This document shows, one piece after another, positions 27,601 through 42,530 of a stretch of 64,000 bases of DNA. Where the stretch lies: NCBI RefSeq assembly GCF_009834535.1, contig NC_045697.1, forward strand, positions 110,858,001 to 110,922,000, read 5' to 3'. Below the pieces are notes generated by a model. The model was not told the DNA's origin. It worked only from the letters and a program-made list of their open reading frames with translations, and ran no database searches. Both the position numbers and the translations under genes were made by a program. Each line of letters starts with the position of its first letter. Position 1 is the first letter of the stretch. The DNA comes from Camelus ferus (lineage: Eukaryota).

Positions 27601-28484
27601 CACCATGAAATCATTAAACCATCTTTATGGTGTGAAGGGTCCACACAGTGAATTTGAATGTTATTTCAAATTTCTGTCACTCTCATAGTGTATTGAAAAT
27701 CTTTCTTTCAGATTTTGAAATATTTCTTAATGAAAGAGTCCCAAGAATGGAATTTCTGAGGCAAATAGAATAGCCATTGTAATAACTCTTAATTCCTATG
27801 CTAAATTTATTTCTAAAGAGTTTGTCACAATAAACTCAGTAATGTGTTTTACCAATTCCCCTGAGTGAATTTTAACATAAAAAATCCTGCAATTTTGTTT
27901 GTGAAATATTCCCACGATGTACATGCCTACTTCCCAATAAATATGATGAATTATTTGACTTTTAACACATGATTATATATTATACTTAAAGCATTATTAG
28001 AGCTCTAAAATAATATTTTATTTTATTTTTTCTAAAACAATATTTTAAATGTGAATAGAACCTATACACTAAAATGGGTGATCTTTTGTAAATTATGATT
28101 TGATAAGATGATCATAATCAGGACATTCAATAATCTTGCCCTCTCTCTGTTGTACCACACCAGCTCTGTTGCACAAATATGTTTTTATCTCTCCTTTTTC
28201 TGAGCAAACATCTTCCTCACTAACAGAAACTCTCAAGAGCTTAAATGTGAAATAGATCTAATTACTTATCTGGGTCTACAGTATTTTAAACGTGAATTTG
28301 AAAAACTGCCAAGACTTTTCAATGAATCAAAAAGAAAACACTGAAAGTTTATACTTAATTATCTTGGACTTTACAAAATAACAATCTAATAAAGAAGTGA
28401 AAAGTGTATCTGTTGTTTTCCAGGTCCCAAATATGTTGAGTGTAACTTGTAACTAACACCATTTGCAAAGAGCATGATCAGCTC

Positions 28485-28640
28485 TTATGGTTAAAACACA
28501 CTAAGACAAACAGGTTTAAATGCTTTGTGACACTGAGCAGTTTACTTAACCTCTCAGTGGCTTCATCTGTCAAATGAATATAACAATAAGAATATTACAG
28601 CTTTAATTTGATTTGTTAAAGTTAATGTATGCATAATATG
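28485..28640 (+). mobile_element. MIR SINE fragment
   Basis: tgtgacactgagcagtttacttaacctctcagtggcttcatctgtcaaatg core. Confidence 0.65.
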
Positions 28641-29149
28641 TTCTCAGGATGACAGCTACAGTAAGAAAGTTTAGGGGGTCAATTTTCCCTTGAACTTCAT
28701 TGTTCAGTTTACTTAATTACATTTCAGTATTATTGTCTTAAAGACGCAGACAAATAACCTGTCTCTGCAATTTGGAAATCTTTGCCCGAACAGAAATAGC
28801 AGAGAATGAATTTCAAATATTTTAGGTAACTTTAAATTTAAGCATACTTTGTCACCAGTATATGTAGCATGCATCTTTTTAAAATCAAATTAAATGAATA
28901 ACTAAAAGATTCTAACTATTAATATTATGATAAAATTTACATAACTTATAATTTCAATTTTTAAAATAAATATTTAGGTGCTTCTAAGATGAGAAGCCTT
29001 ATCTCTAACCACTGGATCACCTAAAATTTGTAAAATACATGAAATTTATAGAATATGAAGTCTAAGAAAGTCTTCCTTTCACTGAAATAGAATATTAAAA
29101 TTCTACTTTAAATAATAAATCTTAAATGAACGTCTGAGAATAATTTTTA

Positions 29150-29407
29150 CTTTTTGTTTTTATTTTTTATTATTTACCTATTTATTTTTATTGAAGTATA
29201 GTTGATCTACAATGCTATGTTATTTGAAGTGCACAACATTGTGCCTCAATATTTTTATAGACTGGCTATACTCCCTCTGCTGCACATTACATCCTTGTAG
29301 CTTATTTATTTTATATATAGTAGTTTGTGCTTCTCGGTCCCCTCACCCTCACTGGTCCCTCCCCCTTCTCTCTCCCCACTGATAACCACTAGTTTGTTTA
29401 CTATATT
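29150..29407 (-). mobile_element. 5'-truncated L1 3' end, laurasiatherian type
   Basis: T-rich tail, then ttattgaagtatagttgatctacaat...ccactgataaccactagtttgtt. Confidence 0.8.
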
Positions 29408-30448
29408 AGAGAATTTTTAAAAGACAATTAAACCTGAGGGACGGAATGAGAACAAGGGAGCCAAAATTCATTGGATTTGGAATGTACTTTCATATATGAC
29501 TTAGACCTCAATGGAACTTGTGAACCATTAACTTCAATTACCCTGAACGCCCCAAACAAACCCTGGGCATTGTAAATCTCATTAATTTTAAACACATGGG
29601 GACTGGAATAAATGGACTTTGAATTAACTCAATCCAAACTACCTAATATTAAAACATAATTGGAATTCAGTTGCTTTAAATTGCTTGCCAGTGTGAAAGG
29701 CAGAACAGATTGCTATACTAAGGCTTATTATAATTTTATCTATTTTTGCAATTTCAGAATAATATTTTTTAGAGGCACAATTTTGAAATTGGGAAAATAA
29801 GGGAATTTCACTGATGTTTCTATCTATTTTCTTAACATTTAGGGGCCTTTAAACAAATTTCACCTCTTTAAGAGGGAATTTTTACCATGAGTTGTTTCAA
29901 CTAAACATGAAATTCCAACAAACACATGTCAACTGCTAACTATATCTGATAATATATTGTTTTTAGTAAAATTATAATTTTCACATTTCTAGGTTTCTTG
30001 TTGCAATTATTTCTATAGTGATGAGGTAAAGTATGATTTTAATAGCTACCTAATAAGAATGAAAATATGATAAGAAGAAGAATAAGAACCATGTTGTTAA
30101 GCAGTAAGAATAAAAAATAGATTGCTAAAATGGGAACACATATTCCAAGAACAAAAAGAAATTATTTTGAAAAAGTCTGGTATCACTATGCCCATCCTCT
30201 TATAAAGAGTAAAGTCATTGTATGAAAATATTACCATAATAATTTTGTTATTTTTTACTAGCCTTTGAAATATTTGGCTAGAATTTATCTGATTCAAGTT
30301 TTTGACAGCTGCATTTCATTAAGGACCTTATTATTAATATCCTAACTTTAAGTAGAAAATTGTTAAAACTAGGATAAATGTTCATGCATTCTATGCACCT
30401 CCAAGTTAATTTACAAAAAACCATAAAGAATCGATAGCATACAATTTA

Positions 30449-30685
<237 letters not shown>

Positions 30686-31525
30686 CTAGAAACAAACATG
30701 GTTACTGTAATCACCAGATCTGAAAACATCAGATGACAGACATTTATTTTTGAAAAATTTATCATGTTTTTCTCTCTCTACTCCTGTGTTAGTCAAACTG
30801 GGCTTAACAGGTAAAGACAAAAATCAAGAAAAGTGTCCAAATATGAAGCAGACAGCATGAGAGTATATATCCAAGAGATGTGTATACAAATATATGCTTA
30901 TATATGTGTATTTACAGCAGCCATCTTTTCCAAAAAATACAGAGTTAAGGAAAACTGAGATGAATATTTGTTTAACAATGCATATGACTGAACTCTGGGC
31001 ATGATGTGTACTTTGCAGTATGTCAACTCAAATGACTGGTTCTGTGATATTGATCAGGTGATAAATAAACTAAATTTTGCCGGAAAAATGGAATACTTTT
31101 TCTTTCTACTTGGATAGGATAACGTTACCAAGACTGAAGTTGTTTGATATTTACTTTCCTTTTGGATGTCAATATAATGAATAAGACAATGATGTTATAA
31201 CTTAACCCAGTATTCTGTAAATCAAGATTTTGCTCATGCGTTTACTTAAAAAAAAATTAAAAAACTAAGACTTCAAACTGTGAAAATACACAGAATTTTG
31301 TTAACAGCCTTCCATACAGTAACCTCATCATAAGTGTAAGAATTCCAGGATACGTTATAGAGTTTGTACAGACTCCTTCCATGAATAAAGACTGCTACCA
31401 TGAGGAAAAGGCTTTCAAACACAATGCTCCACTCATTTAAAACCATCTAGCTCCCTTCCTCCTATATAAAACTTCTACCCTTCTTAGGAACATCTATCGA
31501 TTAGTGAATCAAAAAGTCATTTCTG

Positions 31526-33273
31526 GATTTCCAGTCAAGATAGCAGAGTACTAGGACCACGAGCTTGCCTCTCCTCGTGACTACAACAAAACCACAGCTG
31601 CCTGCTTTTACAATCATCAAAAAAAAAAAAAAAAAGACTGGACCCTAGCAAAAAAGATCTTCAACTGGAAACATAAAGAGGGAACCACAGCAGGACAGTA
31701 GGAGGGGTGTGCTCATGATATAATCGGGCCCTACACCCCCCTGGGCGGGTAACCCACAAGCTGAAGGCTAATTAAATCAGCAGAGGCCCTTCCATAAGAG
31801 TGAGAGTTCTAAGCACCATGTCAGGCTCCCCAGCCTGGAGTTCCAGGACTGGGAGGAGGAGACCTCAGGACATCTGGTTTTGAAGCCCAGTGCAGCTTAA
31901 CTCCAGCAGCCCCATGGGTCAGGGGGAAACAGAGACTTCAGTCTCTTGGGAAGTGAACATAAAATCTCACATGCACCAGGTCCAAGGGAAAAGCAGTGAT
32001 TTCATAGGAACCTGGGCCAGACCTACCTGCTGGCTTTGGAGAGTCTCCTGGGGAGGTAGGAGATGGCTGCGGATCACCCAGGGACATAAAAGCTGGTGGT
32101 AGACATTCCAAAAGAGGCTGTTCATCTATGTGAACTTTCCTGGAGGCTGACATTTTGATTGGATCATTAGCACCAAGACCCAGCCCCATACAATGGCCCT
32201 AGGCTTAAGTGCTGAGAAGCCTCAGGCCAAATAACATCCTGGGTGAGAACACAGCCCCACCCATCAGCAGACTTCCTGAGTCACAGACTCCTCTAGACAA
32301 GGCCCTACTCACCAGAGGGCCAGGAACAAGCTTCACCCAGCAGTGGGCAGGCACCTACTTACTCCTCCTGCCAGGAAACCTGCACAAGCCTCTAGTCCAG
32401 CCTTGTCCACCAGAGGGTAGACACCAGAAATAAGAAAACAACAATCCCAAAGTCTGTGGAAGGAATCCACAGACACAGGCCAGACTCTACCCTGGGACTG
32501 GCTGGAACTTGGCCCTTGAGTGACAAGGGAGGCGTGTACTGCTGAGACTTACAGGATGTCTCCCACAGAGGAGAAACGTAACTAACATGCCTAAAGATAC
32601 AAACAGAAAGACAGACAATATGAGACAGCAGAGGAATATCTCCCAGACCAAGGCACAAAATAAAATACCAGAAGAGGAAATAAGTGATGAAAAGACAGGC
32701 AATTTATCTGAGAAAGAGTTTAAAGTAATGATGGCCAAGATGATGGGAGAACTCAAAGGAGCACAGATGTACAGAGTGAAGTTTCTAGCAAAGAACTGGA
32801 AAATATACAGAATATCCAAACAGAGTTGAAGAATAAAATCACTGAAATGAGTATATTTATCTTTTTTAATTAACGTTTTTGTTTTTCTCAGATATATGCC
32901 CAGGAGTGGACTTGCTGGGCCATATGGTGTTTCTATCTTTAGATTTTTTGAGAAACCTCCATATTGCTTTCCATAGTGGCTGCACCAACTTACATTCCCA
33001 CCAATGGGGTACAAGGGTTCTCCCTTCTCCACACCCTTGCCAACATTTGTTATTTGTGTTCTTCTTGATGATGGCCATTCTGACATGTATGAGATGATAT
33101 CACACTGTGATTTGCACTTTCCTGATATTGGTGATGTTGAGCAACTTTTCATGTTCCTGTTGGCCATCTGCATTTCCTCTTTTAGAAAAATATCTATTCA
33201 GTTCTTCTGCCCATATTTTAAATACATTGTTTGTTTGTTTGCTTTTTAATTGAAGTACAGTTTATTTTTTTTT
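31526..33273. mobile_element. Rearranged L1 insert: 5' UTR and ORF1 start (+, to ~32850) joined to an inverted ORF2 C-terminal fragment (-, ~32851-33245), flanked by a 15-bp TSD
   Basis: The 5' UTR is homologous to the 8950 element. ORF 32587 is the ORF1p N-terminus. ORF 32866(-) carries the ORF2 Cys-rich KCWQGCGE...[31 protein letters not shown] at 31511-31525 and 33274-33288. Confidence 0.9.
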
Positions 33274-34600
33274 AAAAAGTCATTTCTGACACAACTAATA
33301 GCTTTAGGGAAACTGAGGAAGTAGAAGCCATTCAATGCTTAGCTCACCTTATGTCACAGAGCTATCAGGAAGATTCCTATTTTCAAAAAGTGTAGCTCAT
33401 AGGAAAGCTTTTCTAAGATTACTATGAAAATATTTTCTTCATTTTAATATTCCCCCAAATTTCAGATAATTATTAAAGAAAAATGATGTGTCATGTGGGT
33501 AACATATGTTAGAAATATAAATTATAGTTTTTCCCATCATAAAACTTACACATGATGTAAAGAAGATCTCAAAAGGTCTGTTGAGCTCTAAACTTCTACA
33601 ATTCTTTGAAATACAAGTTCATGACACTTCAGACTTGAATTTCCTTTAAGGAAACACAAAAGTCTGCAACATCTTTTTACCTCAAAGCCATTGATAAGAG
33701 ATGAAAAAAGGCACAGAAGTGCCTTGACTACTACAAGCAGAATTTTCAAAAATTAATTAAAAAGAAAGAAGAAAAAGTAGGAGGGAGGAAAAAGAAGCAT
33801 AGATACATACACAAAGATCAAATTATGGTATAAAACCCACAAATATTACCAACATTATTGCCCAGACACAATACATTATATTTCTGTTCTCTCACTTCTT
33901 TGCAAGTATTCAACAGATATATATCAAATAAAAAATCATTTTTAGAAGGAAATTTTATCATATTAGAAGTTTTGAATCTTGTTCATTTTAAAATAAACAC
34001 AGAACAAAAGTTGTTGGGGGAAAGAACGTGGGAGAAAAGAGAAAAACAAAAGAAAGTAGGAAAAGCTGAAAACAAACATTTGATACATTTTCTCTGGGCT
34101 TAAACCAGTGTTGACCAAGACACATACACGACAGAAAACTGGATCTTTATTACGGCAAATTGTATTTTGTAAAAGAAAGACAGTGTCAACTAAACGCATC
34201 TTTTACTGAGGTTAAGAAATTAATCTTTACTTGTAAACCATGAGCACATTCATAGTGAAAAACTACTTATATAGTGAAAATATACCCATTTTCACAAGTA
34301 AAATATACCAGGTTCTCCCGAACAGGTAATTTTGTTATGACTTAACAAGTGAATTTTGGTTAGTTTTTTCTAGAAAAGTCTACGTGACATGACCCTAATA
34401 TTTTCATAGTGCTTTAATACATGAGGAAAATGCTGTATGTTCATACACTAAATAAAAAACTCTCCCTGAGGAATTTTCAATCGCCCAGAAACAGTCTAAA
34501 ATATCACTCATTGCCAACAGGAATTATAAGCAGTTGCAGAAATGAGAAACAGAGCAAAGAAAGACTACAGCATCTATACGATTGTACTCCTGAAATGTAT

Positions 34601-34693
34601 CTTCCTTCTCTCCCTCCCTCCCTCCCTCCTTCCTTCCATCTATCCATCCTTCCTTCCTTCCTCTCTCTGTCTCTCTCTTTCTTTTTTTCTTTT
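34601..34693 (+). repeat. Pyrimidine-rich low-complexity tract (TCCC/TTCC/TC)n
   Basis: Seen directly, about 70 nt into the intron after exon 15. Confidence 0.85.
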
Positions 34694-34764
34694 GAGTTTA
34701 CCAGACTGCCTTTAGGGATTCCCGAAACACAACATAAAAAATTGCACTTATTATTCACACTTAC

Positions 34765-34925
34765 TTCATTGCCCTCCAATTCAAAAAACTCAAACTTCAT
34801 AGAAATTCTGTACTGTGTTGGTGCGACCACTTGCCACACACAGTGTTTGTTGGGCGGGTACTCTTTGGGCCAGCCTGGAGTGGTTATGGTGCCATTCAGT
34901 TTCGTAAGAAGTCCGCCACAAGCCG
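34765..34925 (-). CDS. TLL1: TLL1 exon 15, 161 bp, CUB3 first part: (A)[53 protein letters not shown]
   Basis: Acceptor tttctttctAG, donor GAA|GTAAGT. Phase 1 to 0. Confidence 0.97.
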
Positions 34926-35204
34926 CTAGAAAGAAAGAAAAAGCTTTCTCTAAATAAAGTCATCCCCTTCTAAGCACCTTTCCATTGATAATCAAACATC
35001 CCAGCATTAAATTTCAACTCTCTTCTGGACTTTTCAAAATCTAGAAAGTTGCAGTCTCTCTTCCTTAGTCTTCAGGACAACTATTTTAATCATCTCATCT
35101 CATTTATAAAGGATTATTTTGTAGCTTTGGACCCAAACAAATGACGGCTGCACGACAACATTTTAGATCACTTTAAAGTAGACAAGCAATAGAAAGAAAA
35201 CTGG

Positions 35205-35305
35205 GGGTCAGTTTTCTTATCTTTCAAATGTGTGTAATAATATCTGCTCCACATGGTGGTTGTGAAAATTAGTAAAACGATTTATGTAAAGCACAATATA
35301 GTATG
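35205..35305 (+). mobile_element. MIR SINE fragment
   Basis: tcagttttcttatctttcaaatg...taataatatct...ggttgtgaaaatt...atgtaaagcac. Confidence 0.65.
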
Positions 35306-36023
35306 ATGTAGTAAGATTAAAATCAGAAGTTTAGTTCCTCAAACTCTCTTTTCCAAGACAAGCAACTCTTGGAAAGAGTTATTTGAGCTAGTAGGCAAGA
35401 TAAACCATAGGAAATAGAGCATGTTTGTTATTCCAAATACTCCATTTAACAACTGGTTTTCTTCCCCTTTAAAAGATGTGCTATTGACTATACTTCAATT
35501 AAAAAAAAAGTACTATTTATTTTACCTCTCTTTCCTATTATTGATAGTGAAATCAGCAAAATTAGGGTATTCAAAAGCAAGTTAAATGAAAAGAACACAT
35601 ATTGTACACAGTTCCTAATCAATTCCTAGGGAGTCAAGGCTGAGCTAAATAACTGGTCTGCTTTAATTGCCTTTGTGTATATATGGATATGTATGTAAAT
35701 GTGTGTATGTATGTCAACTAATATAAATATTACCATATTTATGAATATACTTAAAAAACTCTACCTATACTTTTATGTTTTGGGTAAATTTTTAAAATGC
35801 AAACTATTTATTTTTAGGAGTCCCACAGAAATAACAGCCACATTGCTTTATTATTATCTGGTTTACAATGTCTTCTGTTTTGAAGGAATTGCATTTTCTT
35901 CACAACTTGTGTGCATTTTATTCCAGTAGAGGAGGGAGGCAGAAAGAGAGAATGAGACTACACAAAAGAAAGAAATGGGCAGGGGTTTTGGGCAGGGAAC
36001 ATCACGTGCAAAGCCAGCGCTAC

Positions 36024-36149
36024 CTTCGCAGGTCCTTTTGTCAGGTCCCAGCTCGTAACCAGGCTCACATGAGCACTGGTAACTGCCCAGTGTGTTCACA
36101 CAACGCTGCTCGCACCCTCCACGGTCAGGCTTGGCACACTCGTCTTCCT
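36024..36149 (-). CDS. TLL1: TLL1 exon 14, 126 bp, calcium-binding EGF1: (E)[41 protein letters not shown]
   Basis: Six-Cys EGF pattern. Acceptor atttatAG, donor AAG|GTAGCG. Phase 1 to 1. Confidence 0.97.
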
Positions 36150-37378
36150 CTATAAATGTGGCGACAATTAGAGAACAACTAGAATATTTTGTTTTTATAG
36201 ATTAATGTGTAATTTTTTGGAAAACATGATGTTTAATAGCTCTGAATGAAACTAAGACAACTGATTTTTTTCAACAAAGGAGCAGGAACAATTTGCAAGC
36301 CCTTGATGGATGAAATACAAGAATCCATGTCATTGCAATCTAAGAATTGTTTAAGAACCAGAAAGACTGGGCCAACTGAAGATACCCTTATCTCAGACAC
36401 AGCATATGTTTTTTCCTGAACTTCATGGCAAAGAGGATTATTAAAACTTAGAGATTTTTTTTCTGAATGGAATAAAAAACTTACAGAAAAAATATAGATT
36501 CGCCTGTTCATTTCATAGTATAGTTTGCTAGGTAGTCTAAAAAGTGCTTTTAAAGAAATAATCTTTATTTAAAAAATAGATAATGGTGACTGAAAACTAA
36601 AAAGAAAGAAAACTCAGAAACTTACTGGACCTCTTTAAATTTAAAGTATTCAGTGCTTTTTATATAGACATATTGATCCAGAAAATATAATCATCTTATA
36701 TTTTTATAAACACACATACTATTTAAATTGTATATGAAAACATGAAATAGACATATGAAACATGTATACTATTTTAAAAAACATACATAACCAGATACTC
36801 CATAATCTTACTCTTTAGGAATAACCTATTGTGAGTTAGGAAAATAGCAAAGAATATTCTCTGGAGAAATTTTGCATTATCAAAACACTAAGCATTTTGA
36901 TAACCAAATATATAAACATCACATTAGAGACTCTTATAGCATGTTTCTTCTACTGTAAAACATAGAGAAGATTTAAATGAACATTTTAATGAATACTTTG
37001 AATACATATAGTAAAAGCGCCAAATTCTCTGCCTTTCAATTCATATAATGAAAATCTAAGTAATGTTCAGGGGAAATCTATTAGATTGTTGCTCTTCGAA
37101 TAATAAAAATGTCTAGATATTAGTCACACTGAAATCTGACATACACAACTGAAAAACAAACAAACAAACAAACAAAAAACAGATGGCAGAATACCCTAAT
37201 GGAGTACCTACCCTGTGCTACAAAGCTCCAAATTTCACTATTTACTGATAATCTTTTCCATCAAAATATCTTTATAAACATACTTCACCGTTCAATATTA
37301 CTTTACTCTAGTTCTTCCCTAATTCACAGCTAAATACCACATTTATCTTTGACAAAGAAAAGCTTACACTTTACATTA

Positions 37379-37780
<402 letters not shown>

Positions 37781-38805
37781 TTAGACAGAGAAAAAAAATC
37801 TATGAAAAAGTGCAGCCACATGCTTTAAGATCAACAGAAGTTAACTGCCTTAAAAAAAATACTGAGGAATAATTCTTTGGAAACTAGAATTCAAGAAAAT
37901 TCAGACATTAAAATTATCATTAGGTATCTGGACTAGATACACTATTTCATCATAGTTCACCCACAGAGCCAGAATTTTATTAATAGAGAAGCTGAACTAG
38001 AAATATTGCACTGTTTTAGGTTATACATCTCTTTTGAAGGAAAATCTGATAACATGGGATTACATTTTTTCCCTAGTCTATGAAATTCTTTATCCGTAGT
38101 TAGCAGAGCTGTGTGTGGAAAGACTAGTCCATTGCAGAACCAGTACTGGCTGTCCCCGCTCAGGGTAACAGGGCTTGTTTAGATGAACCCTTTTACCTTA
38201 ACACATTCCTCTCAACCTGTGCAGCCTGGAACTCAATCTCTTTCCTAAACAGCTAAATGCAAATTTTAGCTCAGACTACTGGTCTATAAAACTGTATAAC
38301 GAAGTGCATGTTCACAGACCTGTGTTTTAGCCCTGAACTTCTACAAAGAACAAACCAAAATTTACAAACTGTTTTAAAAATTGTAAGACCATTTCTAAAT
38401 AAATTCTTGCTTTTTAGTTTTCATAGAAAATGGGCACTAACCCTGAAGTCTTAATAGAGTCAATTACTTATTAGGTATTTGAAGCCAGAAAGCACTGTCA
38501 TCTATAATTAATCAGCCATGCACAGTATCACATCTTGTCAAACATCACTCAACATACAACTCACTAATTTACAAATTCTCCTAGTTACAAAAAGAATGTC
38601 AAGAAACACATTCATCCCATGAACTAAAACCTATATGCCTGAAACTGCTGGTATTGTTGGTTGAAGATCCCTTTCCTGATTTGTGAATATATTAACAGTG
38701 ATAGTCTTCAAATTAAGATGAACAGAAAAAATAGATTTTGAAGCAGATTTGATTAGAACTAAGGACTGCCTTTGCTGCTGCCCTTTTCCCAATCACAAAT
38801 CAGGA

Positions 38806-39080
38806 TTCACTCATTCCTTCAACAAATGTTCACGGCCTGTTCCCTGCTGGGCATCCCTCTCCCCTCTCACTGCTAAGTACGTGTCGCTCAGCCAAATAAC
38901 AAAGAACCTCACCCTCCCGGAGCTTATCCTGGTGGGTAGAGAGCAAAGGAACAATAAACAGGGTAAATAATAATCATAAAGTACAAGAAAGCAATACATT
39001 CTATGGAAAAATACAAGATGAAACAAGACAGGAAGGATGAGAAGTGGATGCAGGGAGTGGAGGTTGCAATTTTAAATTAT
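38806..39080 (-). mobile_element. L2a-type 3' end
   Basis: ttcactcattccttcaacaaatgttc...ccctcccggagcttatcctggtggg...aataaaca. Confidence 0.7.
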
Positions 39081-41276
39081 ACTATCCATACAAGCTCACT
39101 GTGACTCATACAAACTGGGTTTTTTTCCCCTTAAAATGTATTCTCTTTGTCTGTGGAATTATGGGAAAGAATAGGAAAATATTTAACACTAAAAATATCT
39201 CATTTTAAAAGCATGTTTAAACAGGGAGATGAGAGAGTTAGCAGTTCCATTAGTAATGACGTGTCACCGGGGAGGACAAGGGCAATCTGACCAGCTAGAG
39301 ACATGCCTTCTTCTCTCAGTCTTTAATATACTCCCTTCAAAATCAGGGGTCTCTATAAATATGAGAACATTTCCAGATGACCAAATTCTATTCTCTGGTC
39401 AAGGGGACATATAACATCTAAAACTCTTAGGGTACAGAGCTTGGTAAAAGAATAAGCAAATAAGCAAAGCTGAACTGATGACAGGAGATGTAGGGAAAAT
39501 AACCAAAGGGCTCAGTCAGCCGACGTTTCTTCAGCTGCTTGAGCAGCACAGAATGAACTGATCCCAACTCATGAATCACACTGGGAGAGGCAGGAGAGGC
39601 TAAGTTCAAAGAGGAAAGAAAGTGAGAACACACAATAAAGAAAGAAGATGCTTGCCGTAGAGGGTCAATTAATAAAATAAAATCACAGTGCTTCATATTG
39701 GAAGCCATACCAGGTACAAAAATAAGAAGGTTAATTTGAAAGGCTTTAAATGACTATTTTGAAGAAATTACTGCTTTAAAAAAATTACAGTAAGAAGAGA
39801 ACAAGATACAGACTATTGAAAAAAATTACATTTCTTCAGTGATTAAAGAGAAATAGGATAATGGACATTTCCCTGTATATAAAACTTACTCTGTCCCTTT
39901 GACAGTTATAGAATAGATCTCTTTACATTTTAATGTATAGCATAGTCACTGCTTACTCAGTAAAATTAGAGGTTCAAATATTTTATAGTGACAAACAAAG
40001 TGTAAATAGCTCATGGGTAAATGCATAAAAATGACCAATTTTAGGGTTAATTCCACCAGTACCTATGTATGAATTACCTATTACTTATATATTAAGTATT
40101 ATGCACGTGGTATTAGGGGTAACACAATGGAAATATACACTATATTCCATACTAGTGAATGTCATTGTTGTTGACATAGATATCAATGACCTGAATGATC
40201 TCTGTTTACATATTGTTTCCAGTTTAATTGCCATAATCCTAATTGCAAAGCCAGCACAATAAATCTGCTCTATTGGTGTAAATTATCATTATACCTCTTC
40301 AACTGTATCTATACAACAGTATTGATGGACAGCACAAATGAGAGTCTGAGCTATTCTATTTATGTTATTTGCATATCATTTTCTCCAGTGGTATCAATTA
40401 CTTTATCAATTAGTACACAGAATTGATAGAAATAAATATGGTTCAAGCTAAAAAGTGGAAAAGTCCATTGATATTATGCCAGTAATCCTAAGAACCATAA
40501 GAAAAAGAAGAGCAAAATCAATGATTCATAAAAACAAAGAAAAAAAAGCAGTTTCCTCTTGATTTAAAGCATAGACACAGTTCATAGACCTGGGACCTGA
40601 ATTCAATGTCACGCACAATTACACATGTAATAAATATGTTTTGATAATGATGATGCTGGTTTATTATAGACTTTAAGGTAATCAGAGCATAAACCATATA
40701 GGCATGTGGTAAGTTTCTCATAACATAAACAGATCTAATATGTATATAGAGAAAACAATGGAAGGGATAGTAAGCTGTGAAGATCTTTTAGAAAACTGAT
40801 GTACAAATGATAATGGAAGTAGATCCAAATACACAAAGAAGGAAGAACAAGTACAAAGATTAGCCAGAAGGGATTAATATTACATTTCATTACTAAGTGG
40901 GGACTCATGCCTTTACTGGCAGGTTAGAGAGGAAGCATGGAAAAGCTGAGTAATTTTATTTATTAAGAACTAAAATCAGTTAAACATAACCTCAAGTAGT
41001 CAAGCCTTTCATTCTAACACTGCCAACCAGTGCAGAGCTTTGGGGCCAGTGCACAGGGGTGAGCTGTAAGACTGCAGGAAAGCCAGCCCTGGAGCAAGAG
41101 ACCGTGCCCAGGGTTAGGACCCATTCACACACTTGGCCTTTATTTTATAATCAAATTTCCAAATAAATATACCACTGTAAAAACATCTACTGCGATACAT
41201 AGTTATTTGTAAAGATCTCTGAAAACTCCAAAACTTCTAGGTAATAGTTTCAGTAAAAGCTCTCCCATACTCTCTG

Positions 41277-41859
41277 AGAAATTGAAAATAAAATTACCAT
41301 ATGATTCAGCAATTCTACTTCTGGGTATATATTTTAAAAATTGAAAGCAGGGTCTTGGAGAGATATCTGAACATTCACGTTCATACCAGCATTATTCATA
41401 ACAGCCAAGAGGTGGAAGCAACCCAAATGCCCATCAGTGGATGAATGGATAAGCAAAATATGGTATATACATACAATGGAATATTAGCCTTAAAAAAGAA
41501 GGAAATCTTTTCAAGTGCCACAGCATGCAAAAGCCTTGACAATATTACACTAAGTGAAATTTTTTTAAGTTATCGAAAGAAGGTCAACTATTGTATGATT
41601 CCACTTACATGAGGTACCTAGAGCAGTCAACTTCATAGAGACATAAAGCAGAAGCATGCTTACCAGGGGCTGGAGGGAAGGGGGAATGGGGAGTTGTTGC
41701 TTACTGGGTAAATAGTTTCAGTTTTGCAAGATGAAAAGAGTTCTCGAGGTTGATTGCACAGCAATGTGAATATACTTAACACTGCTGTGTCAGACACTTA
41801 AAAAATAGTTAAGATGGTAAATTTTCTGTTATGCCTGTTTTTGCCATAATAAAAAAAAT
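41277..41859 (+). mobile_element. L1MB-type 3' fragment
   Basis: ttaccatatgattcagcaattctacttctggg...gcaacccaaatgcccatcagtggatgaatgg...tttcagttttgcaagatgaaaagagttct...aagatggtaaatttt plus A tail. Confidence 0.9.
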
Positions 41860-42409
41860 ACCTCTTCTATGAGTGTTAGAGTGTAATTTCAAAGTATAAT
41901 TAATGCTACCAACCAGAAAAATGATTAAACTTTTATAGACCATATAACTTAAAATTCTACACACTTGGAATAATGCTCAAGTCATTATTTTTTGCTTTGG
42001 GGGAAAATGTTAGAGAAACGTATGACTAGCAAAAACAATCTAGATTAGCATTTTTTATTAAAAATAAATCAATTTTAATATAGGAAAATACAGTAAAGTC
42101 TAAGTAATAATGCTACTAATAAAAGGAATTTTGAATAAAAAGGAGAAAAGTTGAATAGATGATTATTTTCAAATGTAACAGTATCATGTTTAATATTTTA
42201 TTACTTAATATTTTATTATTACTTTTTAATATTTAACAAATATTGATAAATGTGTAACTACAGCTCAAAAATGGAGGAGAAAAAAACAAATATGCACAGC
42301 CATGTGAAAATCAAAACCACGAGTCTGGGTTAGATCTATTTTCATATGATTCTGGTTTTTCAATGTTGCCATTTGATTTCTTTTTTCCTTTATGACACAA
42401 TTATTTTTA

Positions 42410-42530
42410 GCTCACTCATAAATTTAATAAATATTTACTGAAAATCTACTATTGCCAATTAATATATACTTGATAGTGTATAAACAGTGATGAATAAACA
42501 GACATGTCCCTAATTGACATTTAGTGATTA
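42410..42530 (-). mobile_element. L2 3'-end fragment
   Basis: aataaatatttactgaaaatctact...agtgatgaataaacagacatgtccct. Confidence 0.55.

Noticed and set aside
32487..33173. 228-aa minus-strand ORF, the longest in the window
   Set aside because: Spans the L1 inversion junction: shifted ORF2 sequence fused to antisense ORF1; no sign of a host gene.
34421..34957. 178-aa plus-strand ORF
   Set aside because: Antisense to exon 15 and running through a stop-poor pyrimidine repeat.
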